From Cyanophora paradoxa CCMP329 (taxonomy: Eukaryota; Plantae; Glaucophyta), in the NCBI GenBank assembly GCA_004431415.1, contig QPMI01000413.1, positions 1 through 64,000 on the forward strand: DNA of 64,000 nucleotides, given 5' to 3'. Below the pieces are notes generated by a model. It ran no database searches, had not been told where the DNA came from, and saw only the letters and a program-made list of their open reading frames with translations. The position numbers were made by a program, and so were the translations under genes. Positions 1 through 14,273 of this stretch are shown here, piece by piece (within the stretch, counting starts at the first letter, position 1; each line of letters starts with the position of its first letter).

Positions 1-3000
1 TTCACCATTGATCAACGGAAGAGGCTTCGCCCGAAGAGGCTTCGCCCGACAAGCCCTGGGCCTGCGCGGTTCCCAAACATCGGCGAAGCCTCCGTCACAC
101 CCTTCGCGTCCCTTGTTCATCGCGGCCCGTCGCGGCCCGCCCCTCCTTTGCCCCATTTAAATCATGAGTCGCCACAGTCCCCGTCCCGGTCCCCTTATTT
201 ATCGCGGGCCGTCGTGGCTCTCGGTGGCTGGGTGCACGTGGGGTATGGTGGGGCCTGGCGGCCGCGGAGGGGAGGGATCTGAGAGGGAATATAATTAGGG
301 GAGGAGTTGTTCTGAGAGGAGATGTGCTCAGAGAATATGATTATGTAATTAGGGGAATTAATGTTGCTGGGCTGAGAGAATATAATGAGGGGAGGGTGGT
401 GCTGCCAATCAGCTAGATGTTGTTGACCTGGAGCCTCGGAGGCGCGGAGGAAATTGACAGGAGAGTGTCGAGGGGAGGACTGAGAATCTCGCGGCCAGGG
501 CGCATGCGCAAGCTTATGAATCGCTTGAGCAGAATCTCGGATGCATACACCATCGATGTCCAGGTGCAGAGCTGCAGAGGCGAGGGCGGGCAGAAATATG
601 TGTAGGCCTGTGCAGGATCGAAAATTTGGCGTCGGCTGGGTTCTGGTGCTCTCTCGCCGGCACAGAGCTTGGAAAAGGCTTGAAAAGAGCTCAAATGATT
701 ACTGTAGCGATGGGCATGGGTGCCGCAGTGCGGATGTGAGGGTGCGCGGAAAGATGCTCAGGCTCGTCAGGGATCGAATTTTGCGGGGTCGGCTGGGTCC
801 TCGCGGCTCGGCGCATCTGTAAAGCGTGCAGAATGCTTCGTTTGCATTTTAAATGCTTATGCTATTGTTCCGCACATGCGCCGCGGCGTGGGCGCGCGGA
901 AAGATGCCCAGGCTGTGCAGGATCGAATTTTCGCCGCCGGGTACCTTCTTGCGCTTTCCGGCTCGAAAGCGGATATCTGAAGTGTGCAGGTGCTACTGTG
1001 TCTATGCGCGCCAGTACGCGTCGACTGCGCGCGCCGTGGGACCGGACGGGATCGGGTATCAAAATTTCGCGGACTGGAGCATCGACGGCGGCCGAAATCG
1101 AGCTTGCAGCGGTGCGCGCGCCCTGCTCTGTCATTCTGTACTCCTCTGGGGCGTCCCTGGCGTGCTTTCGTCGCGGGACTGGGCGAGACCGGGTCCCACT
1201 TTTTGGAGTTTCGCGATCGAACCGGGGTATAAATACCGGAATCGATCCATGAGGAAAATTCGATTTTCGCGCGACGCGCAACGAGGGGAGTCAAGAGTCC
1301 GAAATTAAATCACTGGAGGCTGGCCGCGCGAAAGTTCTACTGTGTGACGTCGGAGACCGTTCGCCTTCATTGCGGAGGTTGCGAATCTGGACGCTCGGAC
1401 CAATCGGACTCGATTGGAAAAAAAATAGAATCGGGCGTTCACCATCGACCTACGGACAAGCCCTGGGCCCCTGCGGGTCCCAAACATCGGGCGAAGCCTC
1501 AGCAGCCCACCTCGCGCCCCCCTTGTTCATCGCGGCCCGTCGCGGCCCCGCCCGTATTTATTTCATGAGTCACCGCGGTCCCCGTCCCGGTCCCCTTATT
1601 TATCGCGGGCCGTCGTGGCTGGGGCGCGCGTGGGGTAGGGTGGGCCTGGCGGGGCGATGAAATTAAAGGGGAGGGGAGGGATCCTGAGAGGGAATATAAT
1701 AAGGTGAGGAGTTGTCCTGAGAGGAGTTGTGCTCAGAGAATATAATTATGTAATTAGGGGAATTAATATTGCTGGGGCTGAGAGAATATAATGAGGGGAG
1801 GGATGGTGCTGACAATCAGCTAGCTGTAGTTGACCTGGGGGCGCTGAGGAAATTGACAGGAGAGTGTTGAGGGGAGGATGGAGAATCTCGGGCCCAGGCG
1901 CATGGGTAGAGCTTGGGAATCGCTTAAACAGAATCTCGAATGCGTAGAGGATCGATGTGCAGGGCTACGGAGGCGAGGGCGCGCAAAAATACATGCAGGC
2001 GTGTCCAGGATGGGGACTTTGGCGTCGGCTGGGTTCTTGTGCTCCGTCGCGTCCGCAGAGCTTGCGAAACGCTTTGAAAAGATGTTAAATAAATACTGTA
2101 GCGATGGGCATGGGTGAGGACGCGAGGGCGCGCGGAAAGATGCTCAGGCCCGTCGAGGATCGAATTTTGGGGGTCGGCTGGGTCCTCGCGGTCCGGCGCA
2201 TCTGTAAAGCGTGCAAAAGGCTTCATCTACATCTCAAATGCTAATACTATTGTTCCGCGCATGCGCCGCGGCGTGGGCGCGCGGAAAGTTGCCCGGGGCT
2301 GTGCAGGATCGAATTTTCGCCACCGGGCACCTTCCTGAGCTGTTCCGGCTCCGAAAAGCGGATTTCTAGGATGCGCAGGCCTTGCTATGTCTATGTGCGC
2401 CAGTACGCATCGATTGCGCGCGCCGTGGGACCGGACGGAACCGGCAGGATCAAAATTTCGGCGACTCTTAAAATTTCGAATTGGGACTGGAGCGTCGACG
2501 GCGGGCGAAATCGAGCTTGCAGCAGTGCGCGCGCCCTGTTCTGCCATTATTCCATCGCTCTGGGGCGTCCGTGGCACGCTTTCTCGCGGGACCGGGCGGG
2601 ACCGGGTCCCACTTTTCGGGGTTTCGCGATCGAGCCGTGGTATAAATACCGAATTGATCTACGAGGGAAATTCGATTTCGCGCGACGCCCGCGGGGAGAG
2701 CGGTCCGTCTTCGCCGAATTGTAGGGAGCTATGATTGCGAAAATAAATCAGTGGAGCTGTGGTCAGGTGTGTATTATCTAAGTTACGTCGAGACCGTTCG
2801 CCTTCATTGCGGAGGTTGCGAATTGGACGCTCGACGAATCGCAGAGCAGTGGAAAAAAAGTAAAAAAATAAATCCGCCCGTTCACCATTGACTACGGAAG
2901 AGCTTCGCCCGAAGAGGCTTTGCCCGACAAGCCCTGGGCCCTGCGGGTCCAAACATCGGCGAAGCCTTGCCGCCCCTTTGCGCCCCCCTTTTTCATCGCT

Positions 3001-6000
3001 GCCGTCGCGGCCCGCCCGTATTTAATCATATCATATGAGTCGCCGCGGTCCGTCCGGTCCCCTTATTTATCGCGGGCCGTCGATCGTGGATCTCGGTGCT
3101 GGGTGGGGTAGGGTGGGGCTGGCGGAGGGAGGATCCTGAGAGGGATATAATTAGGGAAGTTGTCCTGAGAGGAGATGTGCTGAGAGGATATAATTATGTA
3201 ATTAGGGAATTAATATTGCTGGGCTGAGAGAATATAATGAGGGAGGGGTGTGGTGCTGCCGCAGTGCAATCAGCATGCAGCTAGCTGTTGAGCTGTGTAG
3301 TTGAGCTGGAGGTGCTGAGGAAATGACAGGAGAGTGTTGAGGGAGGATTGAGAATCTCGCGGCCAGGGCATGCGTAGAGTTGGGAATCGCTTAACAGAAT
3401 CTCGAATGCGTACTACGGTAGAGATCGATGTGCAGGGCTACGGAGGCGAGGGCGCGCGAAATACATGCAGGCGTGTCCAGGATGGGACTTTGGTCGGCTG
3501 GGTTCTTGTGCTCCGTCGGTCCGCAGAGCTTGCGAAACGCTTGAAAAGATGTTAAATAAATACTGTAGCGATGGGCATGGGTGAGGACGGAGGGCGCGCG
3601 GAAGATGCTCAGGCCCGTCGAGGATCGAATTTTGGGTCGGGTGGGTCCTCGCGGTCCGGCGCATCTGTAAAGCGTGCAAAGGCTTCATCTACATCTCAAA
3701 TGCTAATACTATTGTTCTGCGCATGCGCGCGCGGTGGGCGCGCGGAAAGTTGCCCGGGGCTGTGCAGGATCGAATTTTCGCCACCGGGCACCTTCCTGAG
3801 CTGTTCCGGCTCCGAAAAGCGGATTTCTAGGATGCGCAGGCCTTGCTATGTCTATGTGCGCCAGTACGCATCGATTGCGCGCGCCGTGGGACCGGACGGA
3901 ACCGGCAGGATCAAAATTTCGGCCGACTCTTAAAAAGTTTCGAATTGGGACTGGAGCGTCGACGGCGGGCGAAATCGAGCTTGCAGCAGTGCGCGCGCCC
4001 TGTTCTGCCATATTCCATCGCTCTGGGGCGTCCGTGGCACGCTTTCGTCGCGGGACCGGGCGGGACCGGGTCCCACTTTTCGGGGTTTCGCGATCGAGCC
4101 GTGGTATAAATACCGGAATTGATCTACGAGGAAATTCGATTTCGCGCGACGCCCACGGGAGAGCGGTCGTCTTCGCCGAATTGTAGGGAGCTATGATTGC
4201 GAAAATAAATCAGTGGAGCTGTGTCAGGTGTGTATTATCTAAGTTACGTCGGAGACCGTTCGCCTTCATTGCGGAGGTTGCGAATCTGGACGCTCGGACG
4301 AATCGCAGAGCAGTGGAAAAAAAGTAAAAAAAATAAATCCGCCCGTTCACCACAAGCCCACACTCACGGGTGGTAAGCCCTGCCAATGCATGCCTGCTCG
4401 CTCAGCCTCCCTGTCTGTCTTAGCGTCGATGAGGCTTAGATGGGAGCGCTCGGTGAGCCACCGAGCCACCCGGCGAGCCACGGCGCCCGGCGGCTGCCCC
4501 GCGCGCCTCCGCTCTGCCGCGAGCCGCGCCGCCGCCCTGGTGCCTCCGCCCGTCACCAAGTCATGCCGCCAGGCCGCTGCGCTCCGAGGCTGCGCTCTGC
4601 CCGGCGAGCCAGCGCACCCGGGCCGCGCCATGTGCACCTTATTCACCGCAGCGATATATTGGTACCGCCGCGGTAGATGGACCCGGGAGCTCAAGCTCGA
4701 GGCCTGAGGTGAGAAATATATATATAATGGTCGGTGGAGCTCGATTTGGTGGAGCTCGAGCTCGAGGTGAAATCTAGGGGGGAAATATATATATATATTA
4801 ATTCCCCCTAGATCTCCAAATTTGGCGTCGGCTGGGGTTTTGTGCTCTTCGGTCCACAGAGAGCTTGCGCAAGCTTGCAAAAGCTCTCAAATGAATACTG
4901 TAGCGATGGGCATGCGTGGGGATGCGAGGGCGCGCGGAAAGATGGGCAGGTTCGTCCAGGATCGAATTCTCGGGGTCGGCTGGGTCCTCGCGGCCCGGCG
5001 CATCTGCAAAGCGCGCAGAAGGGTTTGTCTACATCTCAAATGCTTATACTATTGCTCCGCGCATGCGCCGCGGCGTGGGCGCGCGGAAAGATGTCCGGGC
5101 CTGTGCAGGATCGAATTTTCGCCACCGCGTGCCTTCCTGCGCTGTTCCGGCTCCGAAAAGCGGATCGCTGGAGTGCGCAGACGGTGCTATGTCTATGCGC
5201 GCCAGTACGCATCGATTGGGCGCGTCGCGGGACCGGGCGGGACCGGCTGGGTCAAAGTTTCGCCCGACTCTTCGGACTGGAGCGTCGACGGCGCCCGAAA
5301 TCGAGCTTGGAGCGGTGCGCGCGCCCTCGGCTCTCTTTCTGTTCCGTTCTGGGGCATTCCTGGTGCGCTTTCGTCGCGGGACCGGGCGGGACCGGGTCCC
5401 ACTTTTTGGGGTTTCGCGATCGAACCGGGGTATAAATACCGGAATCGATCCGCGAGAGAAATTCGATTTTCGTGCGACGCCCACGGGAGAGCGATCATCT
5501 TAGGGGAGCCAGGATCGAAATTGATTCATGACAGACGTCGGGATTGCAGCGTACAAGTTCGAGATTCGATCCACGAGAGAGAGTCGATGGAAAATTGCGT
5601 GATGTCATCGTCGAGGTAAGTGCGTGAATTGATTGAGGACGAGTACGGGGCGAACACGGGGGACGGATGTGACCCGGACGTGACCATGAATTTCGTTCGC
5701 CGACCCGGATTTCCGAAATTGGCAGGGCTAATTGATTTACGGAAGAGGCTTCGCCCGAAGAGGCTTCGCCCGACAAGCCCTGGGCCCCTGCGGGTCCCAA
5801 ACATCGGGCGAAGCCCTTGCCGCCCCCTTTGCGCCCCCCTTTTTCATCGCTGCCCGTCGCGGCCCCGCCCGTATTTAAATCATATCATATGAGTCGCCGC
5901 GGTCCCCGTCCCGGTCCCCTTATTTATCGCGGGCCGTCGATCGTGGATCTCGGTGGCTGGGTGGGGTAGGGTGGGGCCTGGCGGAGGGGAGGGATCCTGA

Positions 6001-9000
6001 GAGGGAATATAATTAGGGGAAGTTGTCCTGAGAGGAGATGTGCTGAGAGGATATAATTATGTAATTAGGGGAATTAATATTGCTGGGGCTGAGAGAATAT
6101 AATGAGGGGAGGGGTGGTGCTGCCGCAGTGCCAATCAGCATGCAGCTAGCTGTTGAGCTGTGTAGTTGAGCTGGAGGCGCTGAGGAAATTGACAGGAGAG
6201 TGTTGAGGGGAGGATTGAGAATCTCGCGGCCAGGCGCATGCGTAGAGTTTGGGAATCGCTTAAACAGAATCTCGAATGCGTACTACGGTAGAGGATCGAT
6301 GTGCAGGGCTACGGAGGCGAGGGCGCGCGAAAATACATGCAGGCCTGTCCAGGATGGGAAATTTGGTGTCGGTTGGGTTGTCGTGCTCCATCGCGTCCGC
6401 AGAGCTTGCGAAACGCTTTGAAAAGATGTTTAATAAATACTGTAGCGAGGGGCATGGGTGAGGACGCGAGGGCGTGCGGAAAGATACTCAGGCCCGTCGA
6501 GGATCGAATTTTGGGGGTCGGCTGGGTCCTCGCGGTCCGGCGCATCTGTAAAGCGCGCGGAAGGCTTTGTATACATCTCAAATGCATATGCTATTGATCC
6601 GTGCATGCGCCGCGGCGTCGGCACGCGGAAAGATGTCCGGGGCTGTGCAGGATCGAATTTTCGCCATCGAGCTCCTTCCTAAGCTGGCCCGGCTCCGAAA
6701 AGCGGATATGTGGGATGCGCAGGCCCTGCTATCTAAGGGTCCCACTTTTTGGAGTTTCGCGATCGAACCGTGGTATAAATACCGGAATCGATCCAGGAGG
6801 GATTTCGATTTTCGCGCGACGCCCACGGGAGAGCGGTCGTCTTGGGTAAATTCTAGGGAAGCTATGAGTGCGAAAATAAATCAGCGGAGGTTGGGCGCCT
6901 GTCAGTTCTACTGTGTGACGTCGGAGACCGTTCGCCTTCATTGCGGAGGTCGCGAATCTGGACGCTCGGACCAATCGGTCTCGATTGGAAAAAAAATAGA
7001 ATCGGGCGTTCACCATCGACCTACGGAAGAGGCTTCGCCCGAAGAGGCTTCGCCCGACAAGCCCTGGGCCCCTGCGGGTCCCAAACATCGGGCGAAGCCT
7101 CCGCCGCCCCCTTCGCGTCCCCCTTATTCATCGCGGCCCGTCGCGGCCCATCCCTCCCCGTGCCAAATTTTTTCATGAGTGGCCACGGTCCCCGTCCCGG
7201 TCCCCTTATTTATCGCGGGCCGTCGTGGCTCTCGGTGGCTGGGTGGGGTAGGGTGCACGCGGGGCCTGGTGGTGGGATGCAATTAAAGGGGAGGGGAGGG
7301 ATCCTGAGAGGGAATATAATTAGGGGAGGAGTTGTCCTGAGAGGAGTTTTCCTCATGCAGAGAATATAATTATGTAATTAGGGGAATTAATATTGCTGGG
7401 GCTGAGAGCATATAATGGGGGAGGGATGGTGCTGCCAATCAGCTAGCTGTAGTTGACCTGGAGGCGCTGAGGAAATTGACAGGAGAGTGTTGAGGGGAGT
7501 TTTAAGAATCTCGCGGCCAGGCGCATGCGTAGAGCTTGTGAATCGCTTAAACAGAATCTCGAATGCGTAGAGGAGCTTGTGCCACGGTGCAGGCTACGGA
7601 GGCGAGGGCGCGCGAAAATACATGCAAGCATGTCCAGGATCGAAAATTTGGCGTCGGCTGGGTTCTCGTGCTCCGTCGCATCCGCACAGCTTGCGAAACG
7701 CTTTGAAATGATGTTAAATAAATACTGTAGCGAGGGGCATGGGTGAGGACGCGAGGGCGTGCGGAAAGATGCTCAGGCCCGTCGAGGATCGAATTTTGGG
7801 GGTCGGCTGGGTCCTTGCGGTCCGGCACATCTGTAAAGCGCGCGGAAGGCTTCTTCTACATCTAAAATACATATGCTATTGATCCGCGCATGCGCCACGG
7901 CGTGGGCGCGCGGAAAGATGTCCGGGACTGTGCAGGATCGAATTTTCGCCATCGGGTACCTTCCTGCGCTGTTCCGGCTCCGAAAAGCGGATATCTGGAG
8001 TGCGCAGGCCCTGCTATGTCTATGCGCGCGAGTACGCATCGATTGCGCGCGCCGCAGGACCGGACGGAACCGGCAGGATCGAAAGTTTGGCCGACTCTTT
8101 CGACCGTCGGACTGGAGCATCGTCGGCGGCCGAAATCGAGCTTGCAGCGGTGCGTACGCCCTGCTCTGTCACTCTGCATCATGGCATTGGTCTGAAGCGT
8201 CCCTGGCGCGCTTTCGTCGCGGGACCGGGCGGGACCGGGTCCCACTTTTTGGAATTTCGCGATCGAACCGGGGTATAAATACCGGAATCGATCTAGGACG
8301 GAAATGCGATTTTCGTGCGACGCCCACGGGAGAGCGATCGTCTTAGGGGACGGAAATGCGATTTTCGTGCGACGCCCACGGGAGAGCGATCGTCTTAGGG
8401 GAGTCTCGAGTCCAAAAATAAATGTCACGTCTATGTAACGTTCGTGGGGTACTGTGTTACATGCGAGACCGTTCGCCTTCATTGCGGAGGTTGCCAATCG
8501 GACTCAATTGGAAAAAAAATTAATGGGCACGTTCACCATCGATCTACGGACAAGATCCGTGCTCCTGCGGAGCACTAAGTACGGCGAAGCCTCGCGGACG
8601 CCCTCGCGGCTGTCACAGTAGCCTATAGGGCACACCTGGGCACTGGCCAGTGTGGCCAGCGGCCTGGCCGATCGCGAACAGCTTTCTGGCTGGAAGCTGG
8701 CTCGCTGACGGCCAGTCCAGCTAGCCCTGGCCGGCTAGAGGAATATTAATGTGCTGAGGAAATAAATTAAGGGTGGAGCAGATTGAGAGGAGATTAATTA
8801 TATAATATTGTTGGGAAGGAGGCCCGCGGCCGGGAGGGGCGAGGTTCTCGCGGCCAGGCGCATGCACAGAGCTTGCGCATCGCTTAAACAGGACGTCGAA
8901 AGCATATAGCATCGATGTGCAGGGCTGCGGAGGCGAGGGCGCGCGGAAAGCTGTGCAGGCCCGTTCAGGATCGAATTTTTGCGTCGGCTGGATTGCCGCG

Positions 9001-12000
9001 CCTTGTCGCGTCCGCAGAGCTTGCGAAAAGCTTTAATAAAATCTCAAATGAATATTGTAGCGATGCGCATGCGCGAGGATGCGAGGGCGCGCGGAAAGAT
9101 GTTCAGGTCCGTCCAGGATCGAATTTTCGGGGTCGGCTGGGCCCTCGCGGCCCGGCACATCAGTAAAGCGTGCGAAACGCTTGCTCTACATCTCAGATGC
9201 TTATGCTATTGTTCCGCGCATGCGCCGCGGCGTGGGCGCGCGGAAAGATGTCGGGGTCCGTGCAGGATCGAATTTTTGCCGTCGGCTGGGTTCTCGTCCT
9301 CTTTCGCGTCTTCGATTGTGGAAGGCTTTGATAAAATCTCAAATGAATATTGTAGCGATGCGCATGCGCGAGACGGAAGTCTTCTTCTACATCTTAAATG
9401 CTTATGCTATCGTTCCGCGCATGCGCCGCAGCGTGGGCGCGCGGAAAGATGTCCGGGCCCGTGCAGGATCGAATTTTTGTCATCGGGTACCTTCCTGCGC
9501 TGTTGCGGCTCCGAAAAGCGGATTTCGGGGGTGCGCAGGCCCTGCTATGTCTATGCGCGCCAGTACGCATCGATTGCGCGCGTCGCGAGACCGGGCGGAA
9601 CCGGCCGGATCAAATTTTCGGCCGACTCTTCGCACTGGAGCGTCGACGGCGCCCGAAATCGAGTTTGCGGCGATGCGCTCGCCCTCGCGCGTCATTCTGT
9701 ATCGTTCTGGGGCGTCCGTGGCGCGGTTTCGTCGCGGGACCGGGCGGGACCGGATCCCACCTTCTGAGTCGGACTGCGTTTGTCGGAGGTTAAGTACTGG
9801 AATTGATCCAGAGGGAAATTCGATATTCGCGCGACGCCCACGGGAGAGCGGTCGTCTTAGGGGAGTCAGGACGCTAAAAATGGATCTAGAGAGGTCTGTG
9901 GGGGTTAGAGTAGCTGTGTTATTTGCGGCAATCGCGTCCGTGTCGAGGCAGAATTAATAATTCTGCCTTGAGGAGTGTCGATACGGAAATTATTTAGCAG
10001 GGGGGATCTCGAGTGGAAAAAAAGGTTAAAAAAGGAATTTGGCTCGTTGGTTTTTGGGTTTGATTGAGGAGTGTCGATACGGAAATTATTTAGCAGGGGG
10101 GATCTCGAGTGGAAAAAAAGGTTAAAAAAGGAATTTGGCTCGTTGGTTTTTGGGTTTGAGAAAGAGGCTTCGCCTGAAGAGGCTTCGCCCGACAAGCCCT
10201 GGGCCCCTGCGGGTCCCAAACATCGGGCGAAGCCTCTGCCGCCCCCTTCGCGTCCCCCTTTTTCATCGCGGTCCGTCGCGGCCCGCCCCTCCCCGTACCC
10301 TAAATCATGAGTCGCAAGGGTCCCCGTCCTGGTCCCCTTATTTATCGCCGCGGTCCCCGTCCTGGTCCCCTTATTTCAAGTTTATCGCGAGGCAGGCCTG
10401 AGAGGAGTTGTTCTGAGAGAATATAATTCTGTAATAAGGAGAATTGGTGCAGCTGATCATGAGAGAGAATATAATGAGGGGAGGAGTGGTGCTGCCAATC
10501 AGCTAGCTGTAGTTGAGCTCGAGGCCCTGAGGAAATTGAGAGAAGATTGTTGAGGGAAGGGGCGAGGTTCTCGCGGCCAGGCGCATGCGCAGAGTTTGTG
10601 AATCGCTTAAACAGACTCTCGGATACATACATGATCGATGTCCAGGGCTGCGGAGGCGAGGGCAAGCAGAAATATGTGCAGGCCTGTCCAGGATCGAAAT
10701 TCTCGTGTCGGCTGGCTGCTCGTGCTCCGTCGCGTCCGCAGAGGTTGGAGAAGGCTTTGAAAAGCTCTAAAATGAATACTGTAGCGAGGGGCATGGGTGA
10801 GGACGCGAGGGCGCGCGAACAGATGTTCAGGCCTGTCGAGGATCGAATTTTGGGGGTCGGCTGGGTCCTCGCGGCCCGGCGCATTTGGAGACCGTGCAAA
10901 AGGCTTCTTCTACATCTCAAAGGCATATATATGCTATTGATCCGCGCATGCCCGCGGCGTTGGCGCGCGGAAAGATGTCCGGGGCTGTGCTGGATCGAAT
11001 TTTCGCCGTGAGGGACCTTTCTGTGCTGTTCCGGCTCCGAAAAGCGGATATCTGGAGTGCGCAGGCCCTCCTATGTCTATGCGCGCCAGTACGCATCGAT
11101 TGCGCGCGCCGGGGGACCGGACGGAACCGAATGGATCAAAATTTCGGCCGACTCTTCGGACTGGAGCGTCGATGGCGGCCGAAATCGAGCTTGCAGCGAT
11201 GCGCGCGCCCTGTTCTGTCATTTTGCATTGCTCTGGAGTGTCTGTGGCGCGCTTCCGTCGAGGGACCGGGCGGGACCGGGTCCCACTTTTTGGGGTTTCG
11301 CGATCGCGCCTGGGTATAAATACCGGAATTGATCCGTGAGGGAAATGCGATTTTCGCGCGACGCTCATGGGCGGAATTCTAGGGGAGGTGTGAGTGCGAA
11401 AATAAATCAGCGGAGGTTGGGCGCCTGTCAGTTCTACTGTGTCACGTCGGAGACCGTTCGCCTTCATTGCGGAGGTTGCGAATCTGGACACTCGGATGAA
11501 TCGGACTCGATTGGAAAAAAAATAGATCCGCCCGTTCACCATCGACCTACGGAAGAGGCTTCGCCGGAAGAGGCTTCGCCCGACAAGCCCTGGGCCCCTG
11601 CGGGTCCCAAACATCGGGCGAAGCCCTTGCCGCCCCCTTCGCGTCCCCCTTGTTCATCGCGGTCCGTCGTGGCCCCACCCGTATTTATTTCATGAGTCGC
11701 CGCGGTCCCCGTCCCGGTCCCCTTATTTATCGCGGGCCGTCGTGGCTGGGCCGGTGGGGCTTGGCGGGGCGATGAAATTAAAGGGGAGGGGAGGGATCCT
11801 GAGAGGGAATATAATTAGGGGAGGAGTTGTCCTGAGAGGAGATTTCCTAAGAGAATATAATTTTGTAATTAGGGGAATTGGTGCGGGGTGTGGAGGCGAG
11901 GGCGCGCGGAAATATGTGTAGGCGTGTCCAGGATCGAAAATTTGGCGTGGGCTGGGTTCTCGTGCTGTCTCGCCGCCACGGAGCTTGCGAAAGCCTTTGT

Positions 12001-14273
12001 AGAGGTCTCAAAGGAATACTGTAGCGATGGGCATGCGTGAGGATCCGAGGGTGCGCGGAAAGATGTTCAGGCCCGTCCAGGATCGAATTTTCGGGGTCGG
12101 CTGGGTCCTCGCGGCCCGGCGCATTTAGAGACCGTGCAAAAGGCTTCTTCTACATCTGAAATGCTTATAGTATTGATCCGCGCATGCGCCGCGGCGTCGG
12201 CGCGCGGAAAGTTGCCCGGGGCTGTGCAGGATCGAATTTTTGCCGTCGGGTACCTTCCTGCACTGTTCCGCCTCCGGAAAGCGGATTTCTGGGATGCGCA
12301 GGCTCTGCTATGTCTATGCGCGCCAGTACGCATCGAATGCGCGCGTCCTGGGACCGGCCGGAACCGGCAGGATCAGATTTGCGGCCGACTCTTCGGACTG
12401 GAGCATCGAGGGTGCCCGAAATCGAGCTTGCTGCGGTACGCGTGCTCTTCGCTGTCATTGTGACCGCTCTGGAGCGTCCCTGGCGCGCTTTCGTTGCGGG
12501 ACCGGGCGGGACCGGGTCCCACTTTTTAGAATTTCGCGATCGAACCGCTGTATATATACCGGAATCGATCAAGGTGGGAAAATTCGATTTTCGCGCGGGG
12601 ACCCAGGAGTGCAGACTGAATTTGAGGGGAGCCACGAGTCCAAAAATAAGTGTAATGTCCGTGTCGAGCCAAGTGACGTCGGAGACCGTTCGCCTTCATT
12701 GTGGAGGTTGCGAGTCTGGACGCTCGGATGAATCGGACTCGATTGGAAAAAAATAAATCCGCACGTTCACCATCGATCTACGGACAAGAGCCGTGCTCCT
12801 GCGGAGCACTAAGTACGGCGAAGCCTCGCAGACGCCCTCACGGCTGTCACAGTAGGCTGGTTGGCTATCTAGCTGTCTGGCCCGTGGCCATGGCCGGCTG
12901 GCCCAGTGGCCCTAGCCTGTGGAAACGCTAGCTGAGCCAGCCCCAGGCCACGCCGCCCACGCGGGCCCAGGCCAGCCTGTCAGGCCATGGGTCATGGATC
13001 GAAAATTTTGCGTCGGCTGGGTTCTCGTACTCCATCGCGTCCGCAGAGCTTACGAAAGGCTTTGAAAACTCGGGGTCGGCTGGGTCCTCGCGGCCCGGCG
13101 GATCTGTAAAGCGTGCAGAATGCTTCATCTACATCTCAGATGCTTATGCTATTGTTCCATGCATGCGCCGCGGCGTGGGCGCGGGGAAAGATGTCCGGGG
13201 CTGGGCAGGATCGAATGTTTGCCGCCGGGCACCTTGCTGCGCTGTTCCGGCTCCGAAAAGCGGATATCTGGAAATATGCCCAGGCCTGGCCAGGATCCAA
13301 TTTTTACATCGGCTGGGTTCTCGTGCTCTGTGGTGCCCGCAGAGCGTGCTTAAAGCCTTAGAAAGCTCTCAAATGAATATACCGTAGTACTGGCGATGCG
13401 CATGCGTGAGGATGTGCGGGCGCGAAGAAACATGTTCAGGTCCGTCCAGGATCGAATTTTCGGGGTCGGCTGGGTCCTCGCGGCCTGGCGCATCTGTAAC
13501 GCATGCAGAATGCTTCGTCTACATGTCAAATGCTTATGCTACTGTCCCGCGGATGCGCGGCGGCGTGGGCGCGCGGAAAGATGCCCGGGCCTGTGCAGGA
13601 TCGAAGTTTTGCTGTCCGGTACCTTCCTGCACTGTTCCGGTTCCGAAAAGCGGATTTCTGGGATGTGCCACCGTGCAGGCCTTGCTATGTCTATGCGCGC
13701 GAGTACGCATCGATTGCGCGCGCCGCAGGACCGGACGGAACCGGCAGGATCAGATTTTCGGCCGACTCTTCGCACTGGAGCGTCGACGGCGCCCGAAATC
13801 GAGCTTGCGGCGATGTGCGCGCCCTTGGCTCTCATTCTGTATCGTTCTGGGGCGTCCCCGGCGCGATTTCGTCGCGGGACCGGGCGGGACCGGGTCCCAC
13901 CTTCTGACCCGGACCGCGTTTGTCGGAGGTTAAGTACTGGAATTGATCCAGAGGGAAATTCGATATTCGCGCGACGCCCACAGGGGAGCGGTCGTCTTAG
14001 GGGAGCCAGGACGCTAAAAATGGATCTAGAGAGGTCTGTGGGGGTTCGGGTGGCTGTGTGACTAGCAGCAATCGCGTCCGTGTCGAGGCAGAATTAATAA
14101 TTCTGCCTCGAGGGAGTGCGACACGGAAATTATTTAGCAGGGGGGATCTCGAGTGGAAAAAAAGGTTAAAAAAGGAATTTAGATCGTCGGTTTTTGGGTT
14201 TGAGACAAGATCCGTGCTCCTGCGGAGCACTAAGTACGGCGAAGCCTCGCGGCCGCCCTCGCGGCTGTCACAG
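1..14273. repeat. Complex modular macrosatellite, ~1.3-1.5-kb units (array 1)
   Basis: The anchor TTCACCA recurs at 1, 1438, 2881, 4346, 7009, 8532, 11536 and 12766. Recurring modules: GAGAATATAAT block, CAGGATCGAATTTT sub-repeats (about 3 per unit), CGGGACCGGGCGGGACCGGGTCCCAC, GAGACCGTTCGCCTTCATTG. Near-identical peptides recur in the ORF track in all frames. Confidence 0.95.
4354..4816. other. Foreign ~460-bp insert within the satellite, ending in an AT-loop hairpin
   Basis: The unit breaks after GTTCACCAC and resumes at AAATTTGGCGTCGGCTGG. ATCTAGGGGG (4772-4781) and CCCCCTAGAT (4804-4813) are inverted arms around an (AT)n loop. Confidence 0.65.
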
